The notes beneath the pieces are model-generated. The model was not told the origin of the DNA. It saw only the letters and a list, made by a program, of their open reading frames with translations, and ran no database searches. A program made the position numbers and the translations under genes. Source: Lama guanicoe (lineage: Eukaryota). Taken from it: 64,000 nucleotides of DNA. The DNA lies in NCBI GenBank assembly GCA_013239625.1, contig MU053482.1:2083168-2147167 (forward strand), in the 5' to 3' direction. How positions within the stretch are numbered: the stretch's first letter is position 1; every line of letters begins with the position of its first letter. This document shows, piece after piece, positions 11,493-25,899 of the stretch.

Positions 11493-12339
11493 AGCTACAT
11501 CCCTCATCACCCTACCAGTGGGGTCAGACTGCAGGACCACCCTCAACTTCACATTCCCCTCTGACTAACCCACTAGTGGCCTATCTTTCCTTCTGGAGGT
11601 CCTACAGAATAGTTTCTGCTACATACAAATGAGAGGAAGTTCAAACGCTCAAACCCTGATCTGCCTCAGACATTCTTTGAGATAATGCCAAAGCTTAGGG
11701 AGCTCCAATCAGTCCTGGGGAAGCTGAGTCAACTCCAGGGCCTTCTCACAGGCTTGTTCAGATCAACTCCAGCACCACCAGAATTAGACTGAATGAAGGC
11801 TTTGACCAAGAGATGTGAAGGTCTTTTCTAGCCCTACTATATGCATTCTAAACTGGAGGCAGAGAACATCAGAGAAGCTAAATCTTAATATGACCCACTC
11901 TGGACAATCATTGAATGAGGCAATAATGTTCCAACCCCTGTAATTCATTTCTCAGTTCTAACTGCTTGGTGACCTAGGGAAAAGAGATTTAAAAGCTTGA
12001 TAAGAAATTAAAGACATATAGATTATTGCACTGAATCCACTGCAGTTTTTCAGATTGGAGAAAGATTTAATGGAGGAGAGGAGTAAGGAGACTGGCTCTA
12101 AACCTTCAGGAATTTATAAGTTTGATATCCCTGCCTTTTTTTTTTAAAGGCTATAGGTATAACAATTTGACATCTTTCAAAATCCAAAAGGGAAACAAGG
12201 AGTAAATATCTCTAAGCTCCTAAAATCATCTTAAACCTGTCATTCTTTTCCCCATGAATACGACATTCAACTTTCCACTGGAAAGTAAATACTTCAAATA
12301 TATCCTCAAGTTTCAATATAAAATTAGTAAAGCTATTTA

Positions 12340-13130
12340 ACAATGAAGAAAAGACTGTCCCATCTCAGTGATGTCACCTTAGTCATCCAGTTCTTCAAGT
12401 CAGATCCCAGGAGGGGGGCATCAGGCCAACCCTCCTCCTTCACCCAAGCTAACACCAAACCTCATCAATTCTACCCCTTAAACACCTCGCAAATACTCCC
12501 ACTATTCCTCTCTCTGCTGCTGCCCCAGCCTGGGTTATACTTTCATATTTTCCCAAACTACAGTAGTAGCCTCCTCAGTGGAGAAATACTTTCAAAACAC
12601 AAATCTGACCACATCATTCCTCTGCATAAAACCCTCGTGTGCTCCACTGTTCTTAGGATGACTGTGAAAATGCTTAACAAGGCTCCCAAGGCCTTGATAA
12701 CCTGTCCCCCATCCTGCTTTGCAGCCCTAGTTCATACAATGGCCCTCCTCATGCTCTGAGCTCCAGACACTCAGACATTTTCTCAGTTCTGAAAACATGC
12801 CAAGCTCTCCCTCTACCCACAACCTTTAGACAGACTGCTTCCTCTGCATGGGACATTCTCCTAGCCCAGCCCCTGTTCTACTTACCTTCTGAACTCAGCT
12901 CACCTGTGAATTTTTGCTCCAGCCCAGACCAGTTCCCTCTTCTACGCTCTCTTAACTCCTGTGCTTTATTCTCACAGCACAATCTGTGACACCATTTGGT
13001 TAATGCCTGTTTCCCCTGCTAAACCATAAACTCCATTAGGGTATGGATTTTGTCTACTTTGCTTACCCACTCTATCCCTAGCCCCAAGAGCAGTGCCTGG
13101 CTGAATAAACGAACTAATGAGCTATTTACA
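12340..13130 (+). mobile_element. L2 LINE 3' fragment
   Basis: aaatctgaccacatcattcctctg...cagtgcctggc...gaataaacgaa end. Confidence 0.65.
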
Positions 13131-16100
13131 ATTTTTTTAAAAACCAGTAATGCATGACTGTTTACTCTATAAATCGTAAGCCAAATGAATAGCAGCTTAG
13201 CTCTACTAACAGCTAAGACTAGGAGTCTCTCCAAAATAATGACTATTTTTCTGTAGCTAAAATTTATTGAGAATTTACTATATGCGAGGCAACTTGCTAG
13301 GCGTTTTACGTACATTTCCTCATTTACTCCTCACAACAAACATTAAAGAGTTGTGCAGTTTAAAAGAAATAATCCATGTGAACGTTTAGGGCAACGTGTG
13401 GCAGGGGCTACTCAACAAGCCCCAGTGCTGCCACTGCTGCTGTTACTGTTACTGTTACTGTTATTATTGTGTGGCCCTAATTTTACACTTGAGAAAAATG
13501 AAGCTCAGAAAAGCAACTGAAGTTTTTTATGTTATTGAACACCTCATTTGACACATTTCCATTTCTCTTTATTTGTGTTCATATATACAAACACAACTGA
13601 TTTTTGTATTGACCTTGTACCTAGAGACCTTACTGAAGTCACTTTGAGATTTCCTGTGCATACAAATCATGTCGTCATCATGTCGTCTATGACTAGTGAC
13701 TTTTATATATTCCCCTCCTTACATTTGTTCTTCTTGCCTTACTCCACTAGCTAAGACCTCCAGGGTGAGGTTGAACAGCAGTAGTGACAGCAGCCATCCT
13801 ACTTTGATCTCAGGGGGATCCTTTCACTATTCACTACTAAGTATGACTGATATTTGAGGTAGGATTTTTGTAGGTTTAGAACCCAGATCTTCAAAGAACT
13901 CTTCTTTCTGGCCTGTCTGCCTCTGCCCGTCTCCCGTATCCTGTCCTTCCATCTCTTCGTCCTTCCCTCTTCTGCTCTTTGTCTCTCTCAACCTCCTTTT
14001 CTCTCTTCTTCTGTTTTTCTTTCTTCTCATCTCTCCTTCTTCTCTCCCAAACCTTTCCCCTTATTATTTGTTTAACTGCATCAGCAAAGTATATATTTTC
14101 TATTCTTAATTTTCAGTTTTTAAAGCAGATGAGCTAAATACCCACTATTTCACCAAAGTCTGCTTTTTATATGCTTCTTGGTAGTTCAATAGTCTTCAAT
14201 AAAAAGGCTTCAGTTTGCTGTCTAGTCTAAGTCCCAAGCTAATAAAGGTTGAAGAGAAGGAGAGATGGGGGAATGCTCAAACCAAACAGGATAAACCAGA
14301 CATAAGGGACTGAGGCCAGAGACCAAGGGTATCTCAAACATGCCCTGGCCTGCATCCCTTGGTGTCCCCTTGCTGTCCTGGTTAAACACTAACAAAGTCC
14401 TCTAATACTCTTTATTTCCTAATCTATGGGTAAGAATATCCAACAATCATCATATTCCCTTTTGTAATATGTGACAGCCCAATCTTTTGAACTGGACTCT
14501 TCCACCTTTTCCCTACTTGACGTGTGTATTTAATGCAGTCTGGTGATCATCTTATCTACCCATGACACAACTGATTCTCAGTGAGATCTTTGATGCCAAG
14601 CATTAAGAGCACCAGAATCCATCTAGGACCATTCCAAGCAATAATGATCAGGTGCCATATGTCACAAGCTATGCACAAGATTAAATCCCCAAAGGGAAAA
14701 CTTGGCAGATTAGGGGTAGAGATCACATCTGCAGGGAGTTACCAACTCCCCTCCCAGATTACTCATTGTATATCATGAACCGTGAGTTAACGTAAATGAT
14801 AGAGGGGAGGCAGAGCATGTAGATTGAGCCACGGAAGAATAGTGAAAACCCTGTTGCAGTTTATCTCGAGCTGGATCTGCTGGCCCTGCTCCCATAACAT
14901 CTAGCAGGCAGTATGAGGTCAGTAACATGTCCTAAGATACTGAGGACTACACTGGTCTCTTTCATGTCCATACCTACAGCCAATCTCAAGGCAGCCAAGG
15001 TTATCAGGAGATGGGGTGAAGCACTGTTAACAGTAACAAGAACCTGGGAAATCTCTATAAGGAAATTCTGAGAAGTGACTCAGAAAGTGCTATGAGGAAG
15101 CCAGCCTCGACCCCATTTCTATAGACTCTACAAACACAGGGGCATTTCTGAAACCTATTATGCTGTGTGTTAGTTATTTTTGATACTTCATCTGACTCTC
15201 TGGAGTGAAGAGCTACAAAATATTAAAATGAAAGGTCCTTATTTCATGTATAGAAAGAATGAGGGGGAGTTGAGACCCTCCATTGCACCCTGCTGCCAGC
15301 GCTACAAGGCAAGTAGGGACAAAGGGAGGGCCAACTTCCTGGGCCAAGAAAGCAGGCTGAGTCTCCAAAGCCTGGAAGGTAGGAAGGAAAGGGCTTCTTG
15401 AGAGAAAGCTAAGGTTGGAGAAGAACCTGGAATGGGGCCCAGTTCTGACATTCCGTGCCTCATACACAGGAGGAGCTCATATGTCAATGGAGATGATGCC
15501 ACCTGCCTTCTCTAGCAGCAAGGATTGTTAAGAAGTCAAATGAGAGGAGGTGAAAGTGTCTGGCCGGCTGGAGCATCTGTACAAGGCAATCACTGACACC
15601 TCCAAGCTTAACTGACACCTTGACTTGGTCTTCACATAACACCTTCACACTTCATGAGGGAAAAAGTATATATTTTGAGGTTTGCAAGTGAAAATAAACT
15701 ATTTTTCTAGTTCAGGGAGGAAGAGAAGTCAAAATCGTGAAAAACATTTACTCTCATAGCTCAGGTCATCTCTGAGGACTGAAGGGAGCCGCCTCTTACT
15801 CCATGACCTAGCATCTGCTCACCTGCCCCTAATTTTCTCTCCTCTCAAACTGTATGTCCCTGTCCTTTTGTTTTCTTTGTCCTTCACCACTTTATCTGTC
15901 TCTATAATTCTGTTTGCCACCTGCCTTACCTGTGACCTGTCTGAATTGTATGACTTTCAACCTCTTCTACTAGTCACCTGTATAACCCTTCACCCATCTA
16001 ATCCTATTGATCTGTGCTCTGCTCCCTGCTGCCTTCCCTCTCCCCATTCTTTCCACCTTGATCTTTTTCTGGAGTTCAATGTGCCAACATTACCATTCTA

Positions 16101-19100
16101 ATGATCCCCACAAGGTGTTGCCACAATTCAGAGAAAACATTGTTCCTTCATTTTAACCAGAAGGGAAATTGAGACACAGAGTGATTACCCAAATTTTCCA
16201 AACTCATAAAGGAATCCAAGACTGGGCCCAGACTCAGAAATCTGCTGCCTGGTCTTGAATTTTGTGCCACTAGGTAGAAGGCCAGTGCTCCAGTAAGATG
16301 TGATTGAGAAGTCAATAAACAGACACTTGGTGCACATACCCCAAGTTTAATATAAATTTCAGGTTCTTACAGCAAGATAATATTGCTGGGATAAAGTAAT
16401 GCAGATAGGGTGGTGTTCCGCAGAAATTAATTTTCCAGATATCTGAAACATCTCTTTCAATAACAAAATGCAGTTGGCTTTGAAATACTGTTTTGAAAAG
16501 GAGTACTTCTAAAATGATTTGCACACCACCCTTACTAAACAGAGTACATGGAGCCTAACAGGACCATTTTTCAGTGACGTAAAGGAACTCTGATGGACCT
16601 CATTGCTGGGGTGTTCTGTAGTTCACTGGTGCTTTAGGGAACCTCTAGGTATGTAGGGCTTAGCTTGTCCTTTCAGTGAATGACCCCACATCGTGGTACT
16701 TTTCCAGGTGATGTTTCTTGTCTTTCCCTTGCTGTTAGCTGCTGTTACAGAAGTCCGGACTCCCTGCTTCTACTCTGCTTACTGCTGTAATATAGGAAAA
16801 CTAAAAATTCCCAAAGAAAATCACGTAACTAAGCTTGCTATACCAAGTATGCTGACTAGATCAGGTTTATAGTCTCATACAGAATATAATGTGTGAGGTT
16901 TGTGATATCTGTTCTTATTGCTACTCTGAAGCTTTGCCTACTCACTTCTGGTTTCACGTTTTTGTTGTAGAAGTTAAACTTGTCAAAGACTGACCACCAT
17001 GTAAATGTGCAGTAGAAGAGACCAATGACTTGGGAATTGTGTTTTGGAAACATATTGAAGGCCTTCACCCTGGCTGAAAGAAACAGATTAGAGACAAGGA
17101 TAGAGGTAAATAGATTTGTGGATTAAATCCTTGGGATATTTGAGTGTTTCAGCTGCTTCAGATTAAGAAGACTGGTTTAACAGCAGAAGATCTTGAAACA
17201 ACTGAATCAGACAGCTGAGGAGGGAGCTAACTTTACCTGCAAGCGATTTCACAAGTTGATTTTGAACAGGAAAACTGCTCTTGCTGGTAGCGAGTGTCCC
17301 TCCAGCTCAGATGTAACTATGCTGATATCTGCTAACTGACCAGAGTCAAATGGGAAAATGATCATGGTTGGTGAAGAGAGACGAACTGAGGAGTGGCCAG
17401 TGCCCTGATGATCCGAGAACATGGAAAAAGCAAAGAGGATCCTAGAGTCTGAGGTGGAAGGAAGAGGAAAGGAATAAGTGGATTCCAGAAAATCTAAAGT
17501 GAAAGCCAGTATGAGTGAACCCTCAAAACCCAAATCTTGGAGACTTGGGAGAATTAGGCAAGGGTATTTTCCCTAGGCTGGGTTAAGGAAATCTGAGGCC
17601 TAGAAGCAAGAATCTGTCTTCTCATGGAGTAGGAGACCTAGACAAAGATCTTGGGTTTGGTCTGTGGATGAAATCAGGCTCTAAGGAGACAGGCTTTCTA
17701 GAGAGTACAAAATTCAGGAAGCCAGACTGGGGGAGAATTTGGCTTGATTCCTACGTAGGACAGAGCACATCAGGCAGGATGCTTAGTATTTCCTCACTTA
17801 CGTCAAGGTTTAGAGTATGTACGTGAGCAAATCATTTTCCATCTCTGGGTTTTAATATCCTCCTCTGCAGGTTAATGTAAATCTCACAGACTTGTAAGAA
17901 TCAAATCAAGAGCTCAGGCATCAAAACGCTTTGATAATGGCAGAAATGCCATTCATCAGAGTCATAATCCTTTACTCCTCTGTATCACTCTTAATAATCT
18001 GAACCACAGGAATGCCTACTACTTCTGAATTATTTTCTGAAAATACATCCTAGACTCCTCTCAATCCTTGAGCAGCAACTTGGTGGCCTTAAAGTCCTCT
18101 GTTGAAGATCTGGGGCCACACTGTGAGCAGGAGAGGTCCCTCTTGCAGGTGAACTCGGTTCAGACAGGGCTGCCTGTGACGCTGCCAGCCTTGACTCCAT
18201 GAGAGCTTTGAGGAAAGGAGCGCATGTATTTTTCAGTAGTCGACTAGTTCAGAAGCATGAATTGAAGCCATTGAAATGTCTTCCAGTTTCCCTTGGGATT
18301 TGAAGGGATTCTGTTGTAGAGTTATCTTTCTTCATGGTCTTTCTTTGGAGTGGCTGAACCAATATTAGGAAGCTTAGGCAACAGCTAGTGCCAAACAGAT
18401 GTCTAAGTTTATTCAAAAACATCCTGCTGGAGGCAGGGAAAGTGATGGGATAAAATGCTCATGAGATTGCAGAGGTCAAGTCACTAGAAAACCCATCCTA
18501 GAAATTTCAAATCTCAGTTTCAGCAGCAATCTGTTTTCACCATCAGCTCACATAGTACCAAGTCCCAGGTACTTGTTCACAGCTGCTCTGCTGTAACAAA
18601 AGTCCTCCTGTGGTGACACGAAGTCAGTGAGCAGCTCTGAGCATGGAGTCCTCATGGAACACACAGGGAGGTGCCCCGTGCCAGGGGTTCCTCTTGCCTG
18701 TGGCCTCATAGACTTCTGGCTTCCCCTGGCACTCATAGGCTAGTACAGGCTGAGGAGTGGGCTGGGGGCTAAATGCCTTTACCAGATAAAGATAACCAAG
18801 ACCAAGCTAGGCTGGGTCCCCAGCCCTCTCCCCAGCAAGGCCTCGGGCTACTTCAAAGATTGTAAAGACAGGAAAATCCAAATGGAATCCTACTTCTCTC
18901 ACTGCAGTGCACAGAGAGAAGCAATTTAACCTAATCATTGAACACATGGCTAAGGCAGGAACCTGTGCTCTGGTCCTAACATTGCCAATAGTCGGCTGTA
19001 TATCTCTTAGGTGGTCACTTAACATCTGTGTCTCAGTTTCCACATCTTTCAAAGGGGAATAAGAAAGTGGCTTCCTCATAGTATTGCTAGGATAAACAAA

Positions 19101-19719
19101 GAGATAAAATGGAATAATCCATGTAAAAACCTATGACAAACCTATAGAAAATGCTATACAAAGTATTATCAATCAATAAGAGGCTCAAAATGTTGTTTGG
19201 TAACTTTGACCTTCATACCCTGCACTGTACCCAATCCCAGGTTCAAGGCAATGAATTCCCTCAAAAAGAAAGCCCTTTTTCTTATTTCAGGAGCTTTGTG
19301 TATAGTCAGTACCTGTCTCAGTCAAGTAGACCCAGAGGTTCCCCTGGGCCAGGATGGAAACCTGGAGGTTCTCAAAACTCTTCTGGGAGTTCAAGCCATA
19401 AAGAAGCCTATGAAACATCTGAAAAATGCCAGGCCACTTGCCCCTCCACACCTCTGCATGGGCCCAGGTTAAAGGCCAGGGGCAACTCAAAATGAGAAGT
19501 CAGAGTTCTTAGGGTTTTCATTAACCCCACTGCCTCCCTGCAGCCACACAGGAGGGCAGCACCCCCTCACTGCTCAGAGCGCCCTGTGGGCCACCCACGC
19601 AAGCAGGACGGACTCCGTGCTTGCACATGGCTTGCCTCCTTTCCTTTGTACTGTGTGCAGAAGCAGAACTGAGACTCGAAATAAGAAGTGTTTTCGGCAT
19701 GGCTCCCACTACCACTTAA

Positions 19720-20650
19720 GCACTGGCAATCCCAGGCTTCCTTCTGACCTACTGACCTCTAGAGCTGGCTGCCTTTCAGTCATCTTGTAAGGTAGCTTCC
19801 ACCAACAATTTTCAAAACTTAACTTTTCCCTCTCCACAAACATGCTTTTCCTCTCATGTTCCCGTCTCAGGTGAATGGCAATCCAGTGGGTCAAGACACA
19901 GCTTGGACTTTCTTTCCCCTGCTTCCCATTGCCAATCAGACTCCAAGTCCCAAAGCACCTGAGATCTGATCTCTTGAAGTCCTAGCTGCCTCTTTATTCT
20001 CAGCATTACTTGATTTCATTCAACTGCTCCTATTTCTCCTCTGTCCTATTTTGGTCTCCTTTCCTACAACTAAAGTGACCTTTCTAAAGTTTAATTCAAA
20101 CCATGTTCTGCCTTGCTAGAAATCCTTCATTCACACCTCACAACCCCCAAGACTGAATCCCAATTCCAGAGCATAATTTACAAGGCATTCCAACTATTGT
20201 GGTTTCAATCACTCCCATTCACCAGCATATCTCATGTTGCTACTACACTAAATTATCTGAAACCCCCTAAGTAGCCCAGGCTCTTTCTCACTTCTGGACC
20301 TTCCTGTCTGCCATTCCCTTTGACTGTTTATTCCAGCCTTTCCTTCAACCCTCCTTTACCTGCCTAACTTCCCCTCCTTCAAATCTCAGCTTAAAACCAT
20401 GTCCTCTAGGAAGCCTTCTGTGAACAGTCCCTTCTCCCAGGGTTCAGTGCTCCTTCTATACACCCCATTGACTATCATAGCACTTTATCATACTTCATCA
20501 TTGTTGTTTATTTAACTGCCTCTCCCACTAGGCTGGATGCTCCAATGTGAGACTGCCTTAATTCACCAATGTGTGCCTGACACCTAGAAAAATATTTGGT
20601 ACATGAAATGAAATTAATATATATTTTTGAACATTGAGTAAATAAATGGG
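19720..20650 (+). mobile_element. L2 LINE 3' fragment
   Basis: cttcaaatctcagctt...ctaggaagccttc...tgcctgacacctag...tgagtaaataaatg. Confidence 0.65.
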
Positions 20651-21864
20651 TGGATAGATGGATCATTGGATAGATAGATATCGACCCCAGGTGTAAGAAT
20701 GTAAACCCCTAAGAGCCACAAAGGGTCAATTTACAGCACCTCTATGGCCTTTAGGCTAAACCATTTTCAAAAGGATAGGACAAGCTGGGCAGAGACAAAA
20801 AGCCTTTAGTACCAGAGGCTTGTCCAGACTCCAAGAGTCACTACATTAACATTTCATTTTTGCCATCTCTTACATTTTAAAACCCTCTTCCCCAAGTATC
20901 ACCAAGATAGACTGGTCTAAGACATGTAGGGCAATGATGATGCTGGGAGAAACATAAGGGTGTGTGGGGTAGGTACACAGAACAGCTAGTGGAACTGGGG
21001 TTGTAGAGCCCAAAGGATGCTGCAGGGCTGAGGGTGCAGTCTGGGAAGCTACAGAATAGCTGACAGCTTCAAATACAGGGATGAGTGGAAGTACCAGGAG
21101 GGCTGAGGGTACTAGACCAGAAAAGGCAGTAAGTGAAACAGGGCCAAGTTATACACGGTGGGCCAAGTGGAAGGCCTGGCACAGCACTGAGATGCCAGCT
21201 AGGAGGACAACCAGGGTAGGAATGAAAGGCAGGGGTGAGAGGAAGACAGCTGAGGAGTCATGGGATTCTGGGTTATTACCGTGGACCCTTCCACCAAGCA
21301 GGTAGGTGGATGGACAGGGAGGGCATCAAATAACTTATCTTCAAGAGATCTGTGTCCCTAGATGTTCAGCTACCTGTGCAGGACATCCCTGCAGACTGTT
21401 CACCCAACAAATTCCATTAATTCAAATTCTAAGGCCAACCAACTTTGGATTTTGGGGCCACATAAAATATTTTCCCCATTTTCATTGCAGAGAGGAAGAA
21501 GTTCAGGCTTTGGATTCTCATTGTAAATAAATCCTAGCCCTCGTATCTACTTGCTGTAGGACCCTGGACCTCACTTTCTTTAGCTATAAAATTGGGATGT
21601 TCAATGAATTGGCTTTCTTTCCCTTTCCCCTTCCTCTCTAAATGAAGCCCAGTTGCTCCCATCTTAAGTGTATGTGGGAGTGGAAATGGGGTGGAGGAGG
21701 CCCTTGTTGACTCACTAGGACAGAACGCATGAGTCAGGGCTGTGTAACATCCAGGGATGGAACAGGGATACTCCTCCCCCTGCCCAGGCATCCTCCTCCA
21801 GGTCCCTTGGGTCTTGACAGGCAGTGGGCCCCGTATGGTCAGGGAGAGCAGGCTCCGTTAGTAC

Positions 21865-22026
21865 CTTTCTCACCACATTTGGAGAGGAATGCTGGATGGC
21901 GTTGTCCTGTGAGGGGACACTGTGAGGTGTTTCTTCCCCAGATGCCTGGGGCAAGTTAGCAGCAGTATTCTTGTCAAGAGGGAGGGCTGGCTTTGGGCCT
22001 TCAGATGCTGGGGGCTCATCTGTAGC
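21865..22026 (-). CDS. TRIM66: TRIM66 exon (ATDEPPASEGPK...SPNVVRK)
   Basis: ctccag acceptor, weak GTACTA donor, 162 nt phase 0/0. Confidence 0.88.
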
Positions 22027-23364
22027 CTGGAGAAGAAAATAAGAACTTGGGTGGGTTTTACTGCAGAGAGTAGCAGCAGCAGCAGCAAAGGCTAATGCCC
22101 ATTCTGCACCCTCTGTTGTCACCACCTACACACTGTGAACTGCTCGAATTTTTTTCACAAAGAAAGTTTTATCTAACTCTTCCTAACATGACAGTCTTAA
22201 GATAGAACCCAATCCAAGAATTACATTCACCTTAGCAATCATAATGGTTTTGATTTAATCTCACAGAGTTTGTGGTCCTCTATAAACCCTAGACTTTTCT
22301 CTGCCATCATAAGGATTAGTCCATGTCCCCTCCAAGGAACCTAGCCTCAGAGGAAGACATCTGAAGCATGATCTGAAGTTGTCAATGCTGAAGTATAAAC
22401 GTGAGGCCTTATATTTTGTGATAAAGTAAAAGTCTATAGAGCTGCTTTTAAGAAATAAATGCAGTTCCATATTTAAAGGAGACACCACTATGGGAAAAGT
22501 GAGAAGGGGCTAGAACAGGAAGCTCTGGAGACAAAGAAAAGCCAGAGTTAAGAACGAAGATGCAGAGTGCTGCAAAGATCCCAGAGGTACAAGCTGCACC
22601 TCTTCAACTGGCTTTTAGCTGAGGAAGGAGAGGAGCAGCCTCCACCACCCAACTAGGGAGAGCGAGAACAAGGCCTCCTTTGTGGCATTTCAGAGTCAGC
22701 AGACCTTGGATCCAAGTTTTGGCTCTACCGCTCAATGTTTTATGATCTCTAAGCAAACTGCTTGCCATCTCTGACCTCCACTTCTGCATCCAGAAAAACA
22801 CACGTTAATGCCTACCTAACAACGTTGTTGATAGGATAAATGATGAGGTATATATAAAGCATTCCTAGTTTGGTATGCTTGGAATAAACTCTAAGTCTCA
22901 ATCTGTTCAGTGTTATGAAGTTGCTGCTCACTAGCACCTAGTGTACACCCTCCTCCACTCCTTAAGCTCTCCCCTTCCTCCATCTGGGATTCACAAATTA
23001 CAGCAAGAGAAGTGAGGTTATAAAGGTAAGAGACAGCCTCTCTCCAGCTTGGCACTGGCTGGAGTCCAGCACCGCTCAGGAAGTTCCATTCATAGACAAG
23101 GTCCCTAGTCACTCAAGAAGACAGGGGTAAGCCAGGCCACTCCAGACCATATTAAACCCAGATCTATGTTGGGACTAGGTACTATGCTCTCTGGAGCTTT
23201 CCTGAGATGGGAGGTGGAACCAGGGCAGTCTTGAATAGTCAGGACTGAGTTCAAGCCCACCCTAAAATGAAGAAAATGTGTTCCTATGCTACCCTGAGAC
23301 TGGGAGGCTGTGTCCCCTGCGCTATCACAGGGAGAACATGTGTTCCACTCCACCTGAGGCTCAC

Positions 23365-24269
23365 CTGCACGGTGTCCTCCTGGCTCTGGGACTGGACGGG
23401 GGCCGGCTGCCTCACGATGTAGTTGATCTGCCCCACAATGGTTTGCTGAAGGTGCTGAGGAGATTTGGTCTGACTCAGCTGCAGGCTGGGCTGTTGAGCC
23501 TGAAGGAGGAGCTCCAGGTCCTTCTGCATCTCCTCCAGCTCGAACTTGTGGTGCATTATGTCCACGTTCTGAGAACAGGCGGGCCCAGGAGGGCTCTCGT
23601 GCTGACTAGAAGCCAGATGCTGGGATGGAGGTAGAGGTGGGGCGGGCTGCTGCTGGGGTGGAGGTGGCGGAGGTGGTGGAAGTGGCAGCTGCTGCTGCGG
23701 CTGCTGCTGAAAGTGGCTGAGCTTCAGCTTCTGGTGGTGGCCGAACTGGACTTGGATAGAGGGTGACTGTAAGGTAGGCTGGGCATGGGCTCCTGGCTGA
23801 ACATCCTGCGGGGGGACGATGCACACAGGCTGGGAAGTCAGCTGCTGCCCCAGCCGCTGGGATGTGCTCTCCTGCTCCACGGGGGGCTGGGTTTCCAGCC
23901 AGGGCTGCAGCAGCTTTGGTGGATGAGGATTGCACGGCAGTTCTTTCTCCCTAGGCAGCAGGGTGGAGCACTGCAGTGACCCCAGCTGTTGGGGCACCAT
24001 CTCAGAGGGCTGCCTAAAGCTGTGGGCTGGGTGTATGCTGGGTGGGGGGACCTGGCCTTTGAGGGAGGGCGAGACTGGGGAGCAGTGGGAGCAGCACACA
24101 GATGAGGAACACAGTGCTGGAGATTGGAACTTGTGTGAGGGATGGCTAAGAGTCTCTTGCTGAGCCACTGGGGACTGGTGGCTTTGATAAAAAGATGATG
24201 GTCCCTGTAAGCCTCCATAAGCAGGAGTATCTGCCCGGGACAGCTGTCCACCCTCAGTAGTTATACAGC
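23365..24269 (-). CDS. TRIM66: TRIM66 large Q/P-rich exon (CITTEGGQ...SQEDTVQ)
   Basis: ttctag acceptor, GTGAGC donor, 905 nt open phase 1/0; includes polyQ/polyP tract. Confidence 0.94.
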
Positions 24270-25400
24270 CTAGAAATTCAAAATAGAGAATGTTTCCAAA
24301 GGAAATCTGCAGTTGTTCCCCACTTGCTACCTCCCACTCCTAGGACCAAAGGATATCATTCAACAGGAAAGGAGAGAGTGTGCTCGAAAGTGGCAAAGGA
24401 GAGTCAATGAGCATGTCTTCAACTATGGTTCTGGGGAGCTGTGTGTTGGGAGAGTGGGATGGAAGAGAGAGGGAAGCTCTAACACCAGGTTAGTGGCAGG
24501 TGCCAGCACTGTGGTCTGAGGTCCCTGGGCCTTCAAGACGAGTAGATGATATCTATCGCTGTGTCAGTCTAAGGGCTCCTTCAGCTCACTTGAGGCCTAC
24601 TTAGGGGAAGACTGAGCTCCTCGAGGGCAGGAGGTGTGTTTTATTCACCTTCGGTCACTTAGTGGCCAGTGTGGGGCCTGATTCAGAGCAGGTGCTCACC
24701 AAAGGAATTAAATCAAAGGGGAAAGGGAAGCAAAAAATACACCAAAATATCATTTATCACTCTGTCAAGTTCAAAACACTTGCAATGAGATGAACAGCCC
24801 AGATGAAGGTAGCAGTTGGCCATTAGTTTAACAAAGCTACTATTAGGCTGTCAACACAGGTACAACCCCAAGTTGTCTACATTCCACCCAAAGACTGAAA
24901 GCCAGCAAATTATTGTAGCAGGGAAGGAAAATGCACAAGGTCATAAAATATCTGCTTATATCTCAGCTCCAAAGGGTGTGACATTGTCTGTCTGTCTGTC
25001 TCTGTTGTGCCTACACATCTATATACCCTTATACTCAGAGACACAGGTCCACCTGCACTGCCATTCAGCATTCTGGAGAGTAGGGCCACTGTCTTGTCTC
25101 CTCTCTAGCAATGAAACCAAGGTAACAGGGACATTCATGCAGAATAGGAAGCTCAGATTTTAACTGGTCCTATTACAAAAGTCCTGTATTGCCATTGCTA
25201 TTTAAGCTATCAGTTCTCCCCATCCCACCTTAACACCACCTCCATATCCCCTAAAAAAGTTTTGCTGAATGACTCCATCACCACTGGCATTCTCAGGGAG
25301 TGCTTTCTCTTGGGCATATGCCTACCCAGTAAGCCAAGTAGATGGTCTATATTCATTCCCAGCAATTATGTAAGGCGAATAGAGTAGGCTCTGGGCTCAC

Positions 25401-25518
25401 CAAGGGAAGCCAGCTGCTTGGTCCAGAAGTTAGGCTCCCAAGTGAATCTAATACTCCAGGGGGAGCCAGGGTCTGTGTTACAATTTGTCTCCAGCAATCG
25501 CTGCATCTGAAACACAAT
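25401..25518 (-). CDS. TRIM66: TRIM66 exon (IVFQMQRLLETNCNTDPGSPWSIRFTWEPNFWTKQLASL)
   Basis: TIF1 signature region after the coiled coil; 118 nt phase 0/1. Confidence 0.94.
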
Positions 25519-25899
25519 CTGACAACAGCACCAAAGGTCATTTCTCTGGGCATCTTATGCCTGAGTAACAACTCCCTCTCCCTCACCCTTTGGCCAGGTC
25601 GAAGGGCTCAAAGCCATGGCTCTTTAGCAAGTGGTCCTCCCTCACATACTCAGTTCTTTGCACCTCAGTATCTTCACATTACTCCTCCCTCCCCTTACCC
25701 CAACACTGATCCCCTTCCTCTTACTGAGACTTCGGGAAAGCCTGCATTCTTATCTCTCCCAGGCCTCAAGTGAGTTGTAATTCTCCCTCAGGATATCACT
25801 TGCCTGGCAGCCTCTCAAGAGCATTCCATTCATTCTACCATAAGCTCAAATCAAAAGCCTATGAGAGCAGACATTCTCTGAGCATCCCACATTCTCTTT

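Noticed and set aside
14300..18500. Repeat-poor intronic stretch, checked for a nested gene or pseudogene
   Set aside because: No recognisable protein similarity or long ORF by eye; a tBLASTx search would be needed to exclude a relic
18548..18607. Possible alternative terminal exon EDFCYSRAAVNKYLGLGTM* after a ctgac...cacag acceptor
   Set aside because: Only a moderate acceptor; no donor, poly(A) signal or homology to support it
21534..21864. Read-through ORF past the weak donor at 21865
   Set aside because: About 50 codons in GC-rich sequence is expected by chance
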